Part shown: positions 33,156 through 43,509 of the stretch, piece by piece
How the letters are laid out: each line of letters begins with the position of its first letter
How positions within the stretch are numbered: position 1 is the first letter of the stretch
NCBI GenBank assembly: GCA_963711565.1
Contig: CAVQEQ010000001.1
Location: 64,001-128,000, forward strand
Direction of reading: 5' to 3'
DNA length: 64,000 bases
Origin: an uncultured delta proteobacterium
GTDB lineage: Bacteria; Desulfobacterota; Binatia; Binatales; Binataceae
Program-made: the position numbers and the translations under genes
The notes under the pieces: generated by a model
What the model saw: the letters and a program-made list of their open reading frames with translations, nothing else
Databases searched by the model: none
What the model was told of the DNA's origin: nothing

Positions 33156-35675
33156 TCAGCGCGGAGGCTCCGGCGGCGCGGGCGGTTTGGGTGCGGGCGT
33201 ATTCGGCGCAGGCTCCTGCACGACGCGAGTTTCGCCGAGCGGACGATCGCGTAGGATGTTCGCCATGTTCTTGAGCCGCTGATCGACGAGATAGTTAATT
33301 GTTCCGGGCTGGTCGATCGTCCCCGCGCGCACGCCGGTCAAAGTCTCGATGCCGCGATCGATTGTATCGATCGGGTAGATGTGAAATTCGCCGCGCTCGA
33401 TTGCGCCTGTGGTTTCCGGATCGAGCATCAGGTTCGACACGTTCGTGCGCGGCACCATCACGCCCTGCGTCCCGGTTAGGCCAATCGCCTTGCACACGCG
33501 ATAGAAGCCCTCGACCTTCTGATTGACACCGCCAATCGCCTGCACGGTGCCGTATTGATCGACCGATCCCGTCACCGCGAGATCCTGCCGAAGCGGCACG
33601 CCCGACAGCGCCGACAGCAGCGCGTAGAGCTCAGTCGAGCTGGCGCTGTCGCCGTCGATTCCCGAGTACGATTGCTCGAAGCAGATGCTCGCCGACATCG
33701 CGATCGGATGCTGCTGGCCGAAGCGCGCGCGCAGAAATCCGCTCAGGATCATGATGCCCTTGTCGTGCGTCGATCCCGACATCCGCGCCTCGCGCTCGAT
33801 GTTGATCACGCCCGCCTGCCCGAGCGCGACGGTCGCCGTCACGCGCGACGGCCGGCCGAAGCTGTAGCCGCCGACATCCAGCACAGCCAGGCCGTTGATC
33901 TGTCCAACGCTGGTGCCGCGAATATTTACGATGAGCGTGCCTTCCGCGATCAGCCTGCGGATTTCTTCTTCGATAAAATTGAGCCGCAGCATCCGCTCGC
34001 CGAGCGCCCGCTCGACGTGCGCCGCCGTCACGCGCTGCGCCGTCTCGTTGCGGGCGAAATACGCTGACTCACGCGCGAGGTCGTCGATCGGCTCCAGCAT
34101 CGCCAGCACGCGCGATCTGTCGCCCGCCATCCGCATGCCGAATTCCACGATCTTCGCCAGCGCGCCCGCCTCGAACGGCGGCAGATTCTCCCTGCGCGCC
34201 AGCGCGCCCACCCGCGCCGCATAATGCGCCGCCGCGGCGCCGTCAGCCGCCACCGACGGCCGCGTCTCGGCCTTCACTTTGAACAGCTCCGCAAAGTCCG
34301 GATCGTAAAAATAGAGCATGTTGTAAAGGTACGCGCCGCCCAGCGTCACGACCTTGTTGTGAATCTCGATCGGCTCCGGCTTCAGTCCGCTCATCGAGAA
34401 AAACGGCAGCGGCTCGAAAGTCTCGAGCGTCATCCGCCCCGACTTGAGACTGCGCTTGAGCGTCTTCCAGACCCCGGGCTCGACCACCGCGTCCTCGAGA
34501 TCGAAGACCAGGAAACCGCCGTGCGATTTCAGGAACGATCCGCCGATGATGCGCGTGAAGTTGGTCCCCGACCGCCCCAGCGGATCGATCCACCGCTCGA
34601 TCGTGCCGAACAGGTTGCGGTACGTCGGCGCGTCCTCGAGCACCACCGGCGCCCCGCGCGTCGCCGAGTTATCGACCATCACGTTGACCTGGTAGTCGAA
34701 CCATCGCGCGCCCTCGTCGATTCCCTGCGGTCTTTGCCCCTGCTCAGCCGGCGCCTGCTCGCGGAAACGATCGAGATTGCCGAGCATGTGCTCCGCTACC
34801 TCGTCGAGGTATTTGTTGACGGCGGGATTATTAAAGTGATGCTTTAAGTCTTCCGCGGACGGCGTGATCAGCCGCGCGGCGAACGCGCGTTCGATCGCGC
34901 GGATGTCGTCGATCAGCTCGCGCATCATCTCCTGCTGCCGCAGCGTCAACGTCGCCAGCTCGTCCTGCAGTTCGCCCTGCGCCTTCGCCAGTTGCTCGCG
35001 CTCGGCGTCGGTCTTCGCCGCCATCGCCTTGTTGAGCGCGTCGGGCGACTCGGGCATCTTGCCGTCGATCAGGGGAATGAAAATCACCTGGCCGTTCGGC
35101 GCACTCTGGACCGCGAAGCCGCGCTCGCGCGCCCGCGTCTTGAGATTGCCGAACAGTTCCTGCGCCCGCTTGTTGTACTTGTCGCGCAGCGCGGCGCGCT
35201 CCTGATCGAAGTCCTCACGCCGAAACGCCTTCGGCAATTGCTCGAGCACGAACGCGACCAGCTCCGCCATCTTGGCGCGCAGCTCGACGCCCTGGCCCGG
35301 CCGCAGGTAGATCGCCACCGGAGATTCAGGATTGCGAAAATTGTTTACGTAGACCCAATCGCCGGGCGTCGGCATCGTCGCAGCCTTTTCGTTGAGGAGG
35401 CGCAGGATCGATTCGCGCTCGGGCCGCGATCGCAAGCCGCTTACGAAAACATTGTAACCGGGCGCGTCGATTCCGATCGCGAGCCGTATCGCGTCGAGCG
35501 CGCGGCTCTGCCCGAACAGCTCGGCGTCGCCGTCGCCGGCCGCCGCGCGCTCCAGCGAGACCGCATCGAGCGGCACCGGTGCCTTGAGTTCTGAAGCGGC
35601 AAGCTCCGTCGGCGGTGGTACGTGAATCAGCGCGGCGCTGGCGTCGGTAGCGATGGGGTCGCCCTTGTCAGTCAT
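33156..35675 (-). CDS. Lon-family (S16) protease, LonC-like, degenerate Walker A
   Basis: GQSRA, DWVYVNNF, GQINGL, FEQSY..IDGDSAS, IGGVNQKVEGF. Confidence 0.9.
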   Translation of the reverse strand: MTDKGDPIATDASAALIHVPPPTELAASELKAPVPLDAVSLERAAAGDGDAELFGQSRALDAIRLAIGIDAPGYNVFVSGLRSRPERESILRLLNEKAATMPTPGDWVYVNNFRNPESPVAIYLRPGQGVELRAKMAELVAFVLEQLPKAFRREDFDQERAALRDKYNKRAQELFGNLKTRARERGFAVQSAPNGQVIFIPLIDGKMPESPDALNKAMAAKTDAEREQLAKAQGELQDELATLTLRQQEMMRELIDDIRAIERAFAARLITPSAEDLKHHFNNPAVNKYLDEVAEHMLGNLDRFREQAPAEQGQRPQGIDEGARWFDYQVNVMVDNSATRGAPVVLEDAPTYRNLFGTIERWIDPLGRSGTNFTRIIGGSFLKSHGGFLVFDLEDAVVEPGVWKTLKRSLKSGRMTLETFEPLPFFSMSGLKPEPIEIHNKVVTLGGAYLYNMLYFYDPDFAELFKVKAETRPSVAADGAAAAHYAARVGALARRENLPPFEAGALAKIVEFGMRMAGDRSRVLAMLEPIDDLARESAYFARNETAQRVTAAHVERALGERMLRLNFIEEEIRRLIAEGTLIVNIRGTSVGQINGLAVLDVGGYSFGRPSRVTATVALGQAGVINIEREARMSGSTHDKGIMILSGFLRARFGQQHPIAMSASICFEQSYSGIDGDSASSTELYALLSALSGVPLRQDLAVTGSVDQYGTVQAIGGVNQKVEGFYRVCKAIGLTGTQGVMVPRTNVSNLMLDPETTGAIERGEFHIYPIDTIDRGIETLTGVRAGTIDQPGTINYLVDQRLKNMANILRDRPLGETRVVQEPAPNTPAPKPPAPPEPPR

Positions 35676-35702
35676 ATTGCTAACGGCATTCGCGGCGCGC
35701 GA

Positions 35703-36077
35703 CTACGAAGCCTTGAGCGCGATTCGCCGGCCTTTCTTCTTCGGCAGCGTAATGACGAGCGTGCCCTCCAACCATTTGCCGGTCGAAGCTTCGCCGTCTA
35801 TCGACTCCGAAAACCCAAACGAACTATCCAGCATTCCGCCGAATTTGTCCGGCACCCGAACCGCCAGCCGCTGGCCCGAGACTTCCGCGTGGATCTTCGC
35901 CGGATCGACGCCGACCGCCGCGACGCGCACTTCGTAACGATCGGGAAGGTCGATGACCTGCGCGCGTTCGAACTCGAGTGCGGACGTTCCGCCCTTCCAG
36001 CGGTCGATCAACATTTCGTCGAAGAACTCGTCGAAGGCGCGCTCGAAGTCTGCAATCAATCCGCGGCCGGTTGCCAT
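35703..36077 (-). CDS. Hsp20/alpha-crystallin-like protein
   Basis: F...FDE N-terminus; GVDP..I; GTLVITLPKK..RRI. Confidence 0.75.
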   Translation of the reverse strand: MATGRGLIADFERAFDEFFDEMLIDRWKGGTSALEFERAQVIDLPDRYEVRVAAVGVDPAKIHAEVSGQRLAVRVPDKFGGMLDSSFGFSESIDGEASTGKWLEGTLVITLPKKKGRRIALKAS

Positions 36078-36164
36078 AACGTCCCAGTTTCCCACGATTT
36101 CGCGCTAATTGTAATGCAGCCCTACGACGCCGGTCGAGTCCGCGCGCGCGCCTCAAACCGTCCC

Positions 36165-36194
36165 TTGCCACGATTGCCATCGCGGCGTTATGGT
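36165..36194 (+). promoter_or_regulatory. usp promoter, probably leaderless
   Basis: TTGCCA-18-TATGGT, 6 nt before GTG, no SD. Confidence 0.55.
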
Positions 36195-36200
36195 TCGTGT

Positions 36201-36689
36201 GTGCCAACTTTTTCAAAAATTGTCGCCGCCACCGATTTCTCCGAAGATTCAAGCCTCGCGCTGACCTACGCCCAGGAGCTCGCGCTCAAGTTCTCCGCCG
36301 AGGTTGTGCTGCTGCATGTCGATCAGCCGCTCGCACCCGTAATGATGACGCCGGAGCTGGGGCCCTCGATGGATGTGGGTGCGATGGGCCGCATCGCCGA
36401 AGAGCAGCGGATGCTCGCGCAGAAGGAGCTCGACAAAATCGCGGGCGCTCTGCGCGGTGCCGGCCTCAAGGTCAAGGTCCAGCTCAAGGTTGGTTCACCG
36501 TTCCTGGAAATTCTGCACACGGCTCAGAACGAGAACGCCGATCTGATCGTGCTCGGCACTCACGGACGCACCGGATTGGCGCATGTCCTGATGGGCAGCG
36601 TTGCCGAGCGCGTCGTGCAAAAAGCCCATTGCCCGGTGCTCACGATTCGCCACCCCGACCGCAAGTTCAAGCACCCGCTGGACAAGTAG
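36201..36689 (+). CDS. Universal stress protein
   Basis: IVAATDFS; DLIVLGTHGRTGL..VLMGSVAERVV. Confidence 0.92.
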   Translation: MPTFSKIVAATDFSEDSSLALTYAQELALKFSAEVVLLHVDQPLAPVMMTPELGPSMDVGAMGRIAEEQRMLAQKELDKIAGALRGAGLKVKVQLKVGSPFLEILHTAQNENADLIVLGTHGRTGLAHVLMGSVAERVVQKAHCPVLTIRHPDRKFKHPLDK

Positions 36690-36693
36690 CCGC

Positions 36694-37644
36694 TCAGCTC
36701 TCCGCGATCAGCTCCTCGGAGACCGACCACAGTTGTCGCGCATGGCTGGCGTCGAGCGCGTACGGCATGACGCCGGAGAACGGACTGTCCCTCGACCACG
36801 GTTTCGCAACCGAGCAGTCCTCGAGATAGCGCCCGCCAACGCCTTCGAGCTCTGAAGCAACCGCCGCCCAGATCGAGGTCGCCGCTCCCTGCTCGGTGCT
36901 CTTGAACCGCGGATTCACCGTGCCCGATTCGTCGATCCAGCCCATCTTGATTTGCTCTTCGCGCGAAACATACTTCTGCAACCCGCTCATGATGCCCCCG
37001 GGATGCACCGCGTTTGCGACAATGCTGTCTGCGCGAAGACGTTCTGTCGCCCCAACTGCGAATAACACGTTGGCCGTCTTCGATTGGCCGTACGCATCCC
37101 AGGGATCGTAGGGACGCCTGTGAAAATTGAGATCGTCGAAGTGCACGTCCGAGAGGCGATGCCCGATCGAAGTCAATTCAACGATGCGCGCCTTGTCCGC
37201 TGCTTTGAGTGCCGGCAGCAGGCCTGTGGTCAGCGCGAAATGCCCGAGGTGATTGGTTCCGAATTGAGATTCGAAGCCATCCGCGGTGTAGGCGAGCGGC
37301 GTCGCCATAATTCCCGCGTTGTTGATCAGAATGTGGAGCTTGCGCTTGAGCTTGAGATACTCCGCAACGAATGCACGCACAGATGCAAGAGAAGCCAAAT
37401 CAAGCGCGCGAAACTCGATCGAGTCGCGGGCGGTTTCCTTTCGTAGTGTCGCGGCTACCGAATCGCCCTTCGCGCGATCCCGCGTCGCCAGCACAACTCT
37501 TGCGCCCGCGACCGCCAGCGCGCGCACGGTCTCAACGCCAATCCCCGAGGCACCGCCAGTGACGATCGCGTCGCGCCCGCTCAAGTCATGACCCGCAATC
37601 ACCTCTAGCGCCGTGGACTTCGCGCCAAACTTCTTCTCCGCCAT
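36694..37644 (-). CDS. SDR oxidoreductase (retinol dehydrogenase-like)
   Basis: TGGASGIG, NNAG, YGQSK, VHPG. Confidence 0.92.
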   Translation of the reverse strand: MAEKKFGAKSTALEVIAGHDLSGRDAIVTGGASGIGVETVRALAVAGARVVLATRDRAKGDSVAATLRKETARDSIEFRALDLASLASVRAFVAEYLKLKRKLHILINNAGIMATPLAYTADGFESQFGTNHLGHFALTTGLLPALKAADKARIVELTSIGHRLSDVHFDDLNFHRRPYDPWDAYGQSKTANVLFAVGATERLRADSIVANAVHPGGIMSGLQKYVSREEQIKMGWIDESGTVNPRFKSTEQGAATSIWAAVASELEGVGGRYLEDCSVAKPWSRDSPFSGVMPYALDASHARQLWSVSEELIAES

Positions 37645-37655
37645 TGCTCGCCTCC

Positions 37656-38474
37656 CTACTTGCCCGTGAACTTCGGCGCGCGCTTCTCGACGAACGCTTT
37701 CACGCCCTCTTTGAAATCTTCCGAATGCGTCATCATCTCCATCGACGTGTCGTCGTCGCGCACCGCCGTGGCGAGGTCGGTGAACAGATGCTGGTAGATC
37801 ATCTTCTTCGCCTGTGCGACTCCCAGCGGCGAGCACTTAGTCGCGATGCTCGATGCGATCTCGCGCGCCGTGGCCATCAGCTTGTCCTGCGGCACGACGC
37901 GACTCACCAGCCCAATCTCGAGCGCCTCGTTCGCATCGACCAGCCTGCCCGTAAGCGCCAGTTCCGTCGCGCGCGCCAGGCCGACAATTCGCGGCAGCAT
38001 CCAACTGCTGCCGTGCTCAATCGCGAGTCCGCGCTGCGTGAAGATCAATCCCATCCGCGCGTTATCTGATGCGATCCGGATGTCCTGGTAGAGACACGTC
38101 GTGAAACCAAGGCCTACGCACGCACCGTTGATCGCGCCAATCACCGGCGTGTTGAGCGCCAGCGGCCACGAGTACGACGTGCGATAGTTGACGCGCTGCG
38201 CAGCCAGCCATTCATCCGGCGCGTCCGCAGGCCGCGCTCCCGCGTGCCCCGCGGCGATATTCGACAGCCCGCCCATGTCGGCGCCCGCGCAGTACGCTCG
38301 TCCCGCGCCGGTCACGATCATCGCGCCGATTCCCGGGTCGCGCTCGGCGTCGAGCATCGCCGTCCGCATCTCCGAGCCCATCTTCGGCGTCCACGCGTTC
38401 ATCTTCTCCGGCCGGTTCATCGTGACGGTGGCCACGCGATCCTTCTTGTCGTAAATGATTTCGGCGAAATCCAT
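37656..38474 (-). CDS. Enoyl-CoA hydratase/isomerase family
   Basis: NRPEKMNA, YCAGAD, AINGACVG, FVEKRAPKF. Confidence 0.92.
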   Translation of the reverse strand: MDFAEIIYDKKDRVATVTMNRPEKMNAWTPKMGSEMRTAMLDAERDPGIGAMIVTGAGRAYCAGADMGGLSNIAAGHAGARPADAPDEWLAAQRVNYRTSYSWPLALNTPVIGAINGACVGLGFTTCLYQDIRIASDNARMGLIFTQRGLAIEHGSSWMLPRIVGLARATELALTGRLVDANEALEIGLVSRVVPQDKLMATAREIASSIATKCSPLGVAQAKKMIYQHLFTDLATAVRDDDTSMEMMTHSEDFKEGVKAFVEKRAPKFTGK

Positions 38475-38654
38475 TTTGTACCTCCGAGTCTCTGGTCCTT
38501 CGCCCGCCACTTTAGGCGAGATGAGGCCGGACGGGTAGTTGAGAGTGTCGGGGTGTTATCGAGTCGTTGGACTCGCCACGGCTAAATGTTTTCGGCGCGG
38601 CGATCTGAGACCGCCGCGCCGAAATTGTGAGCGCCGACTGTTCGCGAACACGCC

Positions 38655-40838
38655 TTACAAGATGAACAGCATCTCCTGGTATGTCGCCAGCGGCCACAAA
38701 TCATCGGCGACCATGCCCTCCAGCTGGTCCGCCGTCTTCCTTATCGCCAACATCGCGGGCAGCACCGCGTTGCACAGATGCTTGGCGTGATCGAGCTTGC
38801 TATGACCTCCGCCCTCGGCCAGCATCCCCTCGAGCTTCACGATTCCATCCTGCAGGTCCTTCACGAGCACGGTCACTTTGTCGAGCGTGTCGGTATCGAA
38901 CACGTAGCCGACCGCCTTCAGATGCGCGCAGGTCTGCGCCAACTCGCCTTGATAGCGGATCGCCGCCGGGAAGATGATCGTCTTGGCCATTTCGATAACG
39001 GTCCGCGCCTCGAGTCCTACCACCAGGCAGTATTGCTCAAGGTCCACATCCATCCGGCCATGCGTCTCGCGCTCGGTCAGCACGCCGTACTTAGCAAAGA
39101 GCTCGGTCGCCTCTTTGCCTCCGAGCAGCGGAAGCGCCTCCACGCACGAGCGCAGGTTGGGCAGGCCGCGGCTATCCGCCTCCTTGTGCCATGCTTCCGA
39201 GTAGCCGTTGCCGTTGTAAATGACGCTGCCGTTCTCGGCCATGATCTCTTCGAGCACCTTCTGGATGGCGCCATTGAGTTTAGACGGATCGTCACCGACG
39301 GCTTTTTCGAGCTTGGTTGCTACAACGTCGAGCGACTCTGCGACGATCGTATTCATCATTGTCATCGGCCCGGCGATCGCCTGGCTGGATCCGACTGCGC
39401 GGAATTCGAAACGGTTGCCGGTGAAGGCAAACGGACTCGTACGATTTCGATCGCCGGCGTCCTTCGGAATGACGGGCAGTGAGTCGACGCCGACCTTCAG
39501 CGTTTCCCCGCCTTTTGAACTCTTGGCTCCGCCCTTGGTCACCTGCTCAAAGATGTCGTTGAGCTGCTCACCCAGGAAGACCGAAATAATCGCAGGCGGG
39601 GCTTCGTTGGCACCCAGCCGATGGTCATTCGAGGCGGACGCGACCACGGCGCGCAGCAGCCCGGACCATCGATGGACCGCGCGGATGACCGCCGCGCAAA
39701 AAACCAGGAACTGCGCGTTGGCGTGCGGATTGTCGCCCGGATCGAGCAGGTTGCCCTGGGTCGCATTCCCCAGCGAGAAATTCACATGCTTGCCCGATCC
39801 GTTGACGCCCGCAAACGGCTTCTCGTGCAGCAGGCACGTCATCCCATACATCTCGGCCACCCGCTTCAGCGTGAACATCGTCAACTGCTGATGGTCGGCC
39901 GCGACGTTACCGTTCTCGAAGACCGGCGCCAACTCGAACTGCCCCGGCGCCACCTCGTTGTGCCGCGTCTTCGCCGGAATCCCGAGCTTGAACAGCTCGC
40001 GCTCGGCCTCGTGCATAAAGGCGAGCACGCGATCGGGAATCGCGCCGAGGTAATGATCCTCGAACTCCTGGCCCTTGGGCGGCAGCGCTCCGAACAACGT
40101 TCGTCCGGTGGCGAGCAAGTCCGGCCGCGAGAAGTAGAAATGCCGGTCGATTAGGAAATATTCCTGCTCGCAGCCGGCGTAGGAGACGACCTTGGCGGGG
40201 TTGACGTGCCCGAACAGTTTTAGAATTCGTTGCGCGTGCGTATTCAGCGCCTGCATCGAGCGCAGCAGCGGGGTCTTTTTGTCGAGCGCTTCGCCGGTCC
40301 ACGAGACGAAGGCGGTGGGAATGCACAGCGTCCTGCCGTTGGGGTTCTCCAGGATATAGGCGGGACTCGTGACGTCCCACATCGTGTAGCCGCGCGCCTC
40401 GAACGTGTTGCGCATGCCGCCGTTGGGGAAGCTCGACGCGTCGGGCTCACCCTGGGTAAGAGTCTTGCCTGAAAATTCGGCGATCGCGCCGCCGTCACCG
40501 TCGGGCGACAGAAAGCTGTCGTGTTTCTCGGCGGTGAACCCGGTTAGCGGATAAAACACATGCGTATAATGCGTGGCGCCTTTGGATATCGCCCAGTCTC
40601 TCATCGCCGCCGCGACCACATCCGCAATAGCCGAGTCGAGGTGCGATCCGGTCTCGATCGTTTTGATCAGCGACTTGAATACCGGCTTCGGCAGCCGCTC
40701 CTTCATCGCCGACTTGCCGAAGACATTCGAGCCGTACAATTCGCTGGCCGAAACGTTCGCAAATGAAAGTGGCGCTGAGGTGGGACGATAAGTCGTAACG
40801 GCCTCGATAGCCTGTAAACGTGCCGAGCTTCCGCTCAA
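38655..40838 (-). CDS. glnN: Glutamine synthetase type III
   Basis: [59 protein letters not shown]; TTG start with GGAGG. Confidence 0.93.
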   Translation of the reverse strand: MSGSSARLQAIEAVTTYRPTSAPLSFANVSASELYGSNVFGKSAMKERLPKPVFKSLIKTIETGSHLDSAIADVVAAAMRDWAISKGATHYTHVFYPLTGFTAEKHDSFLSPDGDGGAIAEFSGKTLTQGEPDASSFPNGGMRNTFEARGYTMWDVTSPAYILENPNGRTLCIPTAFVSWTGEALDKKTPLLRSMQALNTHAQRILKLFGHVNPAKVVSYAGCEQEYFLIDRHFYFSRPDLLATGRTLFGALPPKGQEFEDHYLGAIPDRVLAFMHEAERELFKLGIPAKTRHNEVAPGQFELAPVFENGNVAADHQQLTMFTLKRVAEMYGMTCLLHEKPFAGVNGSGKHVNFSLGNATQGNLLDPGDNPHANAQFLVFCAAVIRAVHRWSGLLRAVVASASNDHRLGANEAPPAIISVFLGEQLNDIFEQVTKGGAKSSKGGETLKVGVDSLPVIPKDAGDRNRTSPFAFTGNRFEFRAVGSSQAIAGPMTMMNTIVAESLDVVATKLEKAVGDDPSKLNGAIQKVLEEIMAENGSVIYNGNGYSEAWHKEADSRGLPNLRSCVEALPLLGGKEATELFAKYGVLTERETHGRMDVDLEQYCLVVGLEARTVIEMAKTIIFPAAIRYQGELAQTCAHLKAVGYVFDTDTLDKVTVLVKDLQDGIVKLEGMLAEGGGHSKLDHAKHLCNAVLPAMLAIRKTADQLEGMVADDLWPLATYQEMLFIL

Positions 40839-41093
40839 TTTAGTGTCCTCCGAATTCTGCTTTCTCGCGAGATCAACCCAATTACCTCTGCAAGGACCGC
40901 GCCTCGCGCTTCGAATCGAAAGCTCAAGCAATAGCTGGATGTTCAGTTCGCTGACTCGGCACGCGATGCCTCAATATCCGACAAGATGCGCAGCAGACGG
41001 GCGATCCCTTGTGATAATTTAATTCGTTCGCAATGGTGATCAGCGCAGCGGGAACTGAACAGTGCAAAAAGCAACCACGGATCGGGGACTGAA

Positions 41094-41729
41094 GTGATCG
41101 AAGCAGTCATTTGGGATTTCGGCGGAGTCTTCACCACCTCGCCATTCGAGGCGTTCGCCCGCTATGAGAGCGAACGAGGCATACCCGTCGGCGTGATTCG
41201 CAAAATCAATTCCACCAATCACGAAAACAATGCGTGGGCGATGTTCGAGCGCTCGGCGATCGACTTTGCCGGCTTCGACGCTGCCTTCGCGGCGGAAGCC
41301 CGCATGCTCGGCTACGACATTCCCGGCCGCGACGTCGTCGCTCTTCTCGCCGGCGACTTTCGGCCCGAGATGATCGAGGCGCTGCGACGGATCAAGGCCA
41401 GGTTCAAGACCGGCTGTATCACCAACAACATGGCGGCGGATGCGTCCGGCACGACCGCATCGTCGCGCTCGATCTATTCGCGCGAGATCATGCAACTGTT
41501 CGACGCGCTGATCGAGTCCTCAAAAATCGGCATCCGCAAACCCGATCCGCGCATCTACCTGATGATGTGCGAGAAGCTCGGCGTGGCGCCCGACGCCTGC
41601 GTCTATCTCGACGACCTCGGCGGCAATCTCAAACCCGCGCGCGCGATGGGCATGACGACAATCAAAGTCGAGAGCGGACCGCAAGCAATCGCCGAACTCG
41701 AAGCCGCCACGGGAATGAAGCTGCTCTGA
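41094..41729 (+). CDS. HAD-IA family hydrolase
   Basis: WDFGGV, ITNN, RKPDPRIY, YLDDLGGN. Confidence 0.9.
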   Translation: MIEAVIWDFGGVFTTSPFEAFARYESERGIPVGVIRKINSTNHENNAWAMFERSAIDFAGFDAAFAAEARMLGYDIPGRDVVALLAGDFRPEMIEALRRIKARFKTGCITNNMAADASGTTASSRSIYSREIMQLFDALIESSKIGIRKPDPRIYLMMCEKLGVAPDACVYLDDLGGNLKPARAMGMTTIKVESGPQAIAELEAATGMKLL

Positions 41730-41844
41730 GGTGTACCGTCTCTGCTGTGTATCCCTCCACGACCGGTTCGTGAAAAATTTTCAGAATTCTCTGTCGAGCG
41801 GCAAAAAATACCGATAAGCTGCGGCGTTTTTGCTGCGTTTCCGT

Positions 41845-41860
41845 TGGCAGCGGTCTTGCT
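41845..41860 (+). promoter_or_regulatory. Sigma-54 promoter
   Basis: TGGCAGCGGTCTTGCT, ~55 bp above ATG 41914. Confidence 0.7.
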
Positions 41861-41913
41861 CAGACTGATGAGGCTCGAAAACAGACGAGCTGAACAGCGG
41901 AGGAGACAGCATC

Positions 41914-42270
41914 ATGGAAGCCACCACCTACATCGCCCACGACGACCTGCCAAACATATTTGCCGGCGTGGGCATCCTGCCGGTTCAGTTCGGCGAGTCT
42001 CGACGAAGAAAGCTGCCGTCGGAAGGCGAGCGCAAGCTGCTATTCGCCGTGCTCGAAGATGCGATCCGATGCTTCCTGCGACACCGCGATGGCGACGCCG
42101 CCGCGCGCACCAACGAAGAGTTCGTCGAGGCGGCCCAATGGCTCAGCTCTGACGAGGATTCCGGCCCGTTTACGTACGTCAGCATCTGCGAGGCGCTCGG
42201 CATCGACGCGGATTCGCTGCGCCTGGGAATCACAAACCATACCGGCCGTCTGGAAGAGATCCGCTGCTGA
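41914..42270 (+). CDS. Small helical hypothetical protein
   Basis: GGAG SD; GERKLLFAVLEDAI...W...PFTYVSICEALGID. Confidence 0.75.
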   Translation: MEATTYIAHDDLPNIFAGVGILPVQFGESRRRKLPSEGERKLLFAVLEDAIRCFLRHRDGDAAARTNEEFVEAAQWLSSDEDSGPFTYVSICEALGIDADSLRLGITNHTGRLEEIRC

Positions 42271-42276
42271 TGAAAT

Positions 42277-43509
42277 TCAACCGAGCGCGCGCGTAAATTC
42301 CTCGAGCAGGTCGCGCCAGTGCTCGGTACCGACCGAGATGCGAACCAACGACTCGGTAATTCCCGCCGCCGACAATTCCTCGGGCGACAGCTCGCTGTGA
42401 GTGGTCGTCATCGGATGGCATACGAGAGTCTCGACGCCGCCGAGGCTGACCGCGTTCTTGGCGATCTTCAAGCCGCGCAGAAACTCGAAGGCTCCAGTCT
42501 TTCCGCCTTCAACCTCCAGCGACAGGAGTGAGCCGGGGTAGTCGGTCTGCGCGTCGCGAATCTCAATCTGCGCGGCGTCGGTGAACAGCGATGGATAGAT
42601 GACGCGCATCACGCGCACATGCTTGGCCAGCTGCTCGGCGATTCGCTGAGCGTTCTTGCTCTGCCGATTCATCCGCAGCGCGACGGTCGATAGCCGCGAG
42701 TCGAGCATCCAGCATTCGTCGGCCTGCAGGATATTGCCCAACAGCGCGCGCATCCCGGTCAGCGTCTGGATCAATTCGGGATCGGAGGCGAGCACCGCGC
42801 CGGCCAGCAGGTCGCTGAATCCGCCGAGAAACTTTGTCGCCGAATAAATCGCAAGGTCGGCGCCGTGGCTCAGCGGATGCTGAAACGTCGGGCCGAGCAG
42901 AGTGTTGTCGATCGCGAGGATTGCCCGCTTCTGCTTTCGCCGGATCGCAGCCGACGCCTGCGTGATGTCCGTCATCACGAGCGTGGGATTCGCGGGCGTC
43001 TCAATCAGCACGAGACTCAGATTGTTCGCATTCTCGATCGCCTCGGTCAGCGCCTTCGTATTGCCGGCCGGCACTCCGAGCGCACCGAAACCGAGCGGCT
43101 CGATGAGCTGGTGAATCAGATGTTGGCTGCCGCCGTAGAGCGGTTGCGTATAGATGAGCGAGCCGCCGCGTTCCATGAACGCCAGCATCACGGTGAAGAT
43201 CGCGGCCATGCCGGAATTGAAAATCGCCGCGGAGTTGGCGCCACGTTCGAGCGGCACGAGTTGCTCCTCGAGGATTTCGGCGTTGGGATGATTCAGGCGC
43301 GCATAGATCAGGTCGGGACGATCGTCGCCGAGCGGGCGGATTTTTCCGAGCACGATTCCAAACGCGCGCTCGGCTGCTTCCGGACTCGGGAAGACGAAGG
43401 TCGAACTGCGATAGACCGGCGGCCGCGCCGAGCCGACCGACAACTCCGGGTCGAAGCCGCGCGTCAGCACTGCCGTCTCCGGCCGCACGCGGTACGAAAT
43501 CTTGGGCAT
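42277..43509 (-). CDS. Cys/Met metabolism PLP enzyme (cystathionine gamma-synthase/methionine gamma-lyase family)
   Basis: YARL, FNSGMAA, ETPANP, DNT, SATKFL, AVSLGGVE. Confidence 0.92.
   Translation of the reverse strand: MPKISYRVRPETAVLTRGFDPELSVGSARPPVYRSSTFVFPSPEAAERAFGIVLGKIRPLGDDRPDLIYARLNHPNAEILEEQLVPLERGANSAAIFNSGMAAIFTVMLAFMERGGSLIYTQPLYGGSQHLIHQLIEPLGFGALGVPAGNTKALTEAIENANNLSLVLIETPANPTLVMTDITQASAAIRRKQKRAILAIDNTLLGPTFQHPLSHGADLAIYSATKFLGGFSDLLAGAVLASDPELIQTLTGMRALLGNILQADECWMLDSRLSTVALRMNRQSKNAQRIAEQLAKHVRVMRVIYPSLFTDAAQIEIRDAQTDYPGSLLSLEVEGGKTGAFEFLRGLKIAKNAVSLGGVETLVCHPMTTTHSELSPEELSAAGITESLVRISVGTEHWRDLLEEFTRALG

Noticed and set aside
41063-41077. Sigma-54 promoter for glnN (minus strand TGGTTGCTTTTTGCA)
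   Set aside because: GG-GC spacing is one base short and it lies ~225 bp upstream; a homopolymer error cannot be excluded.
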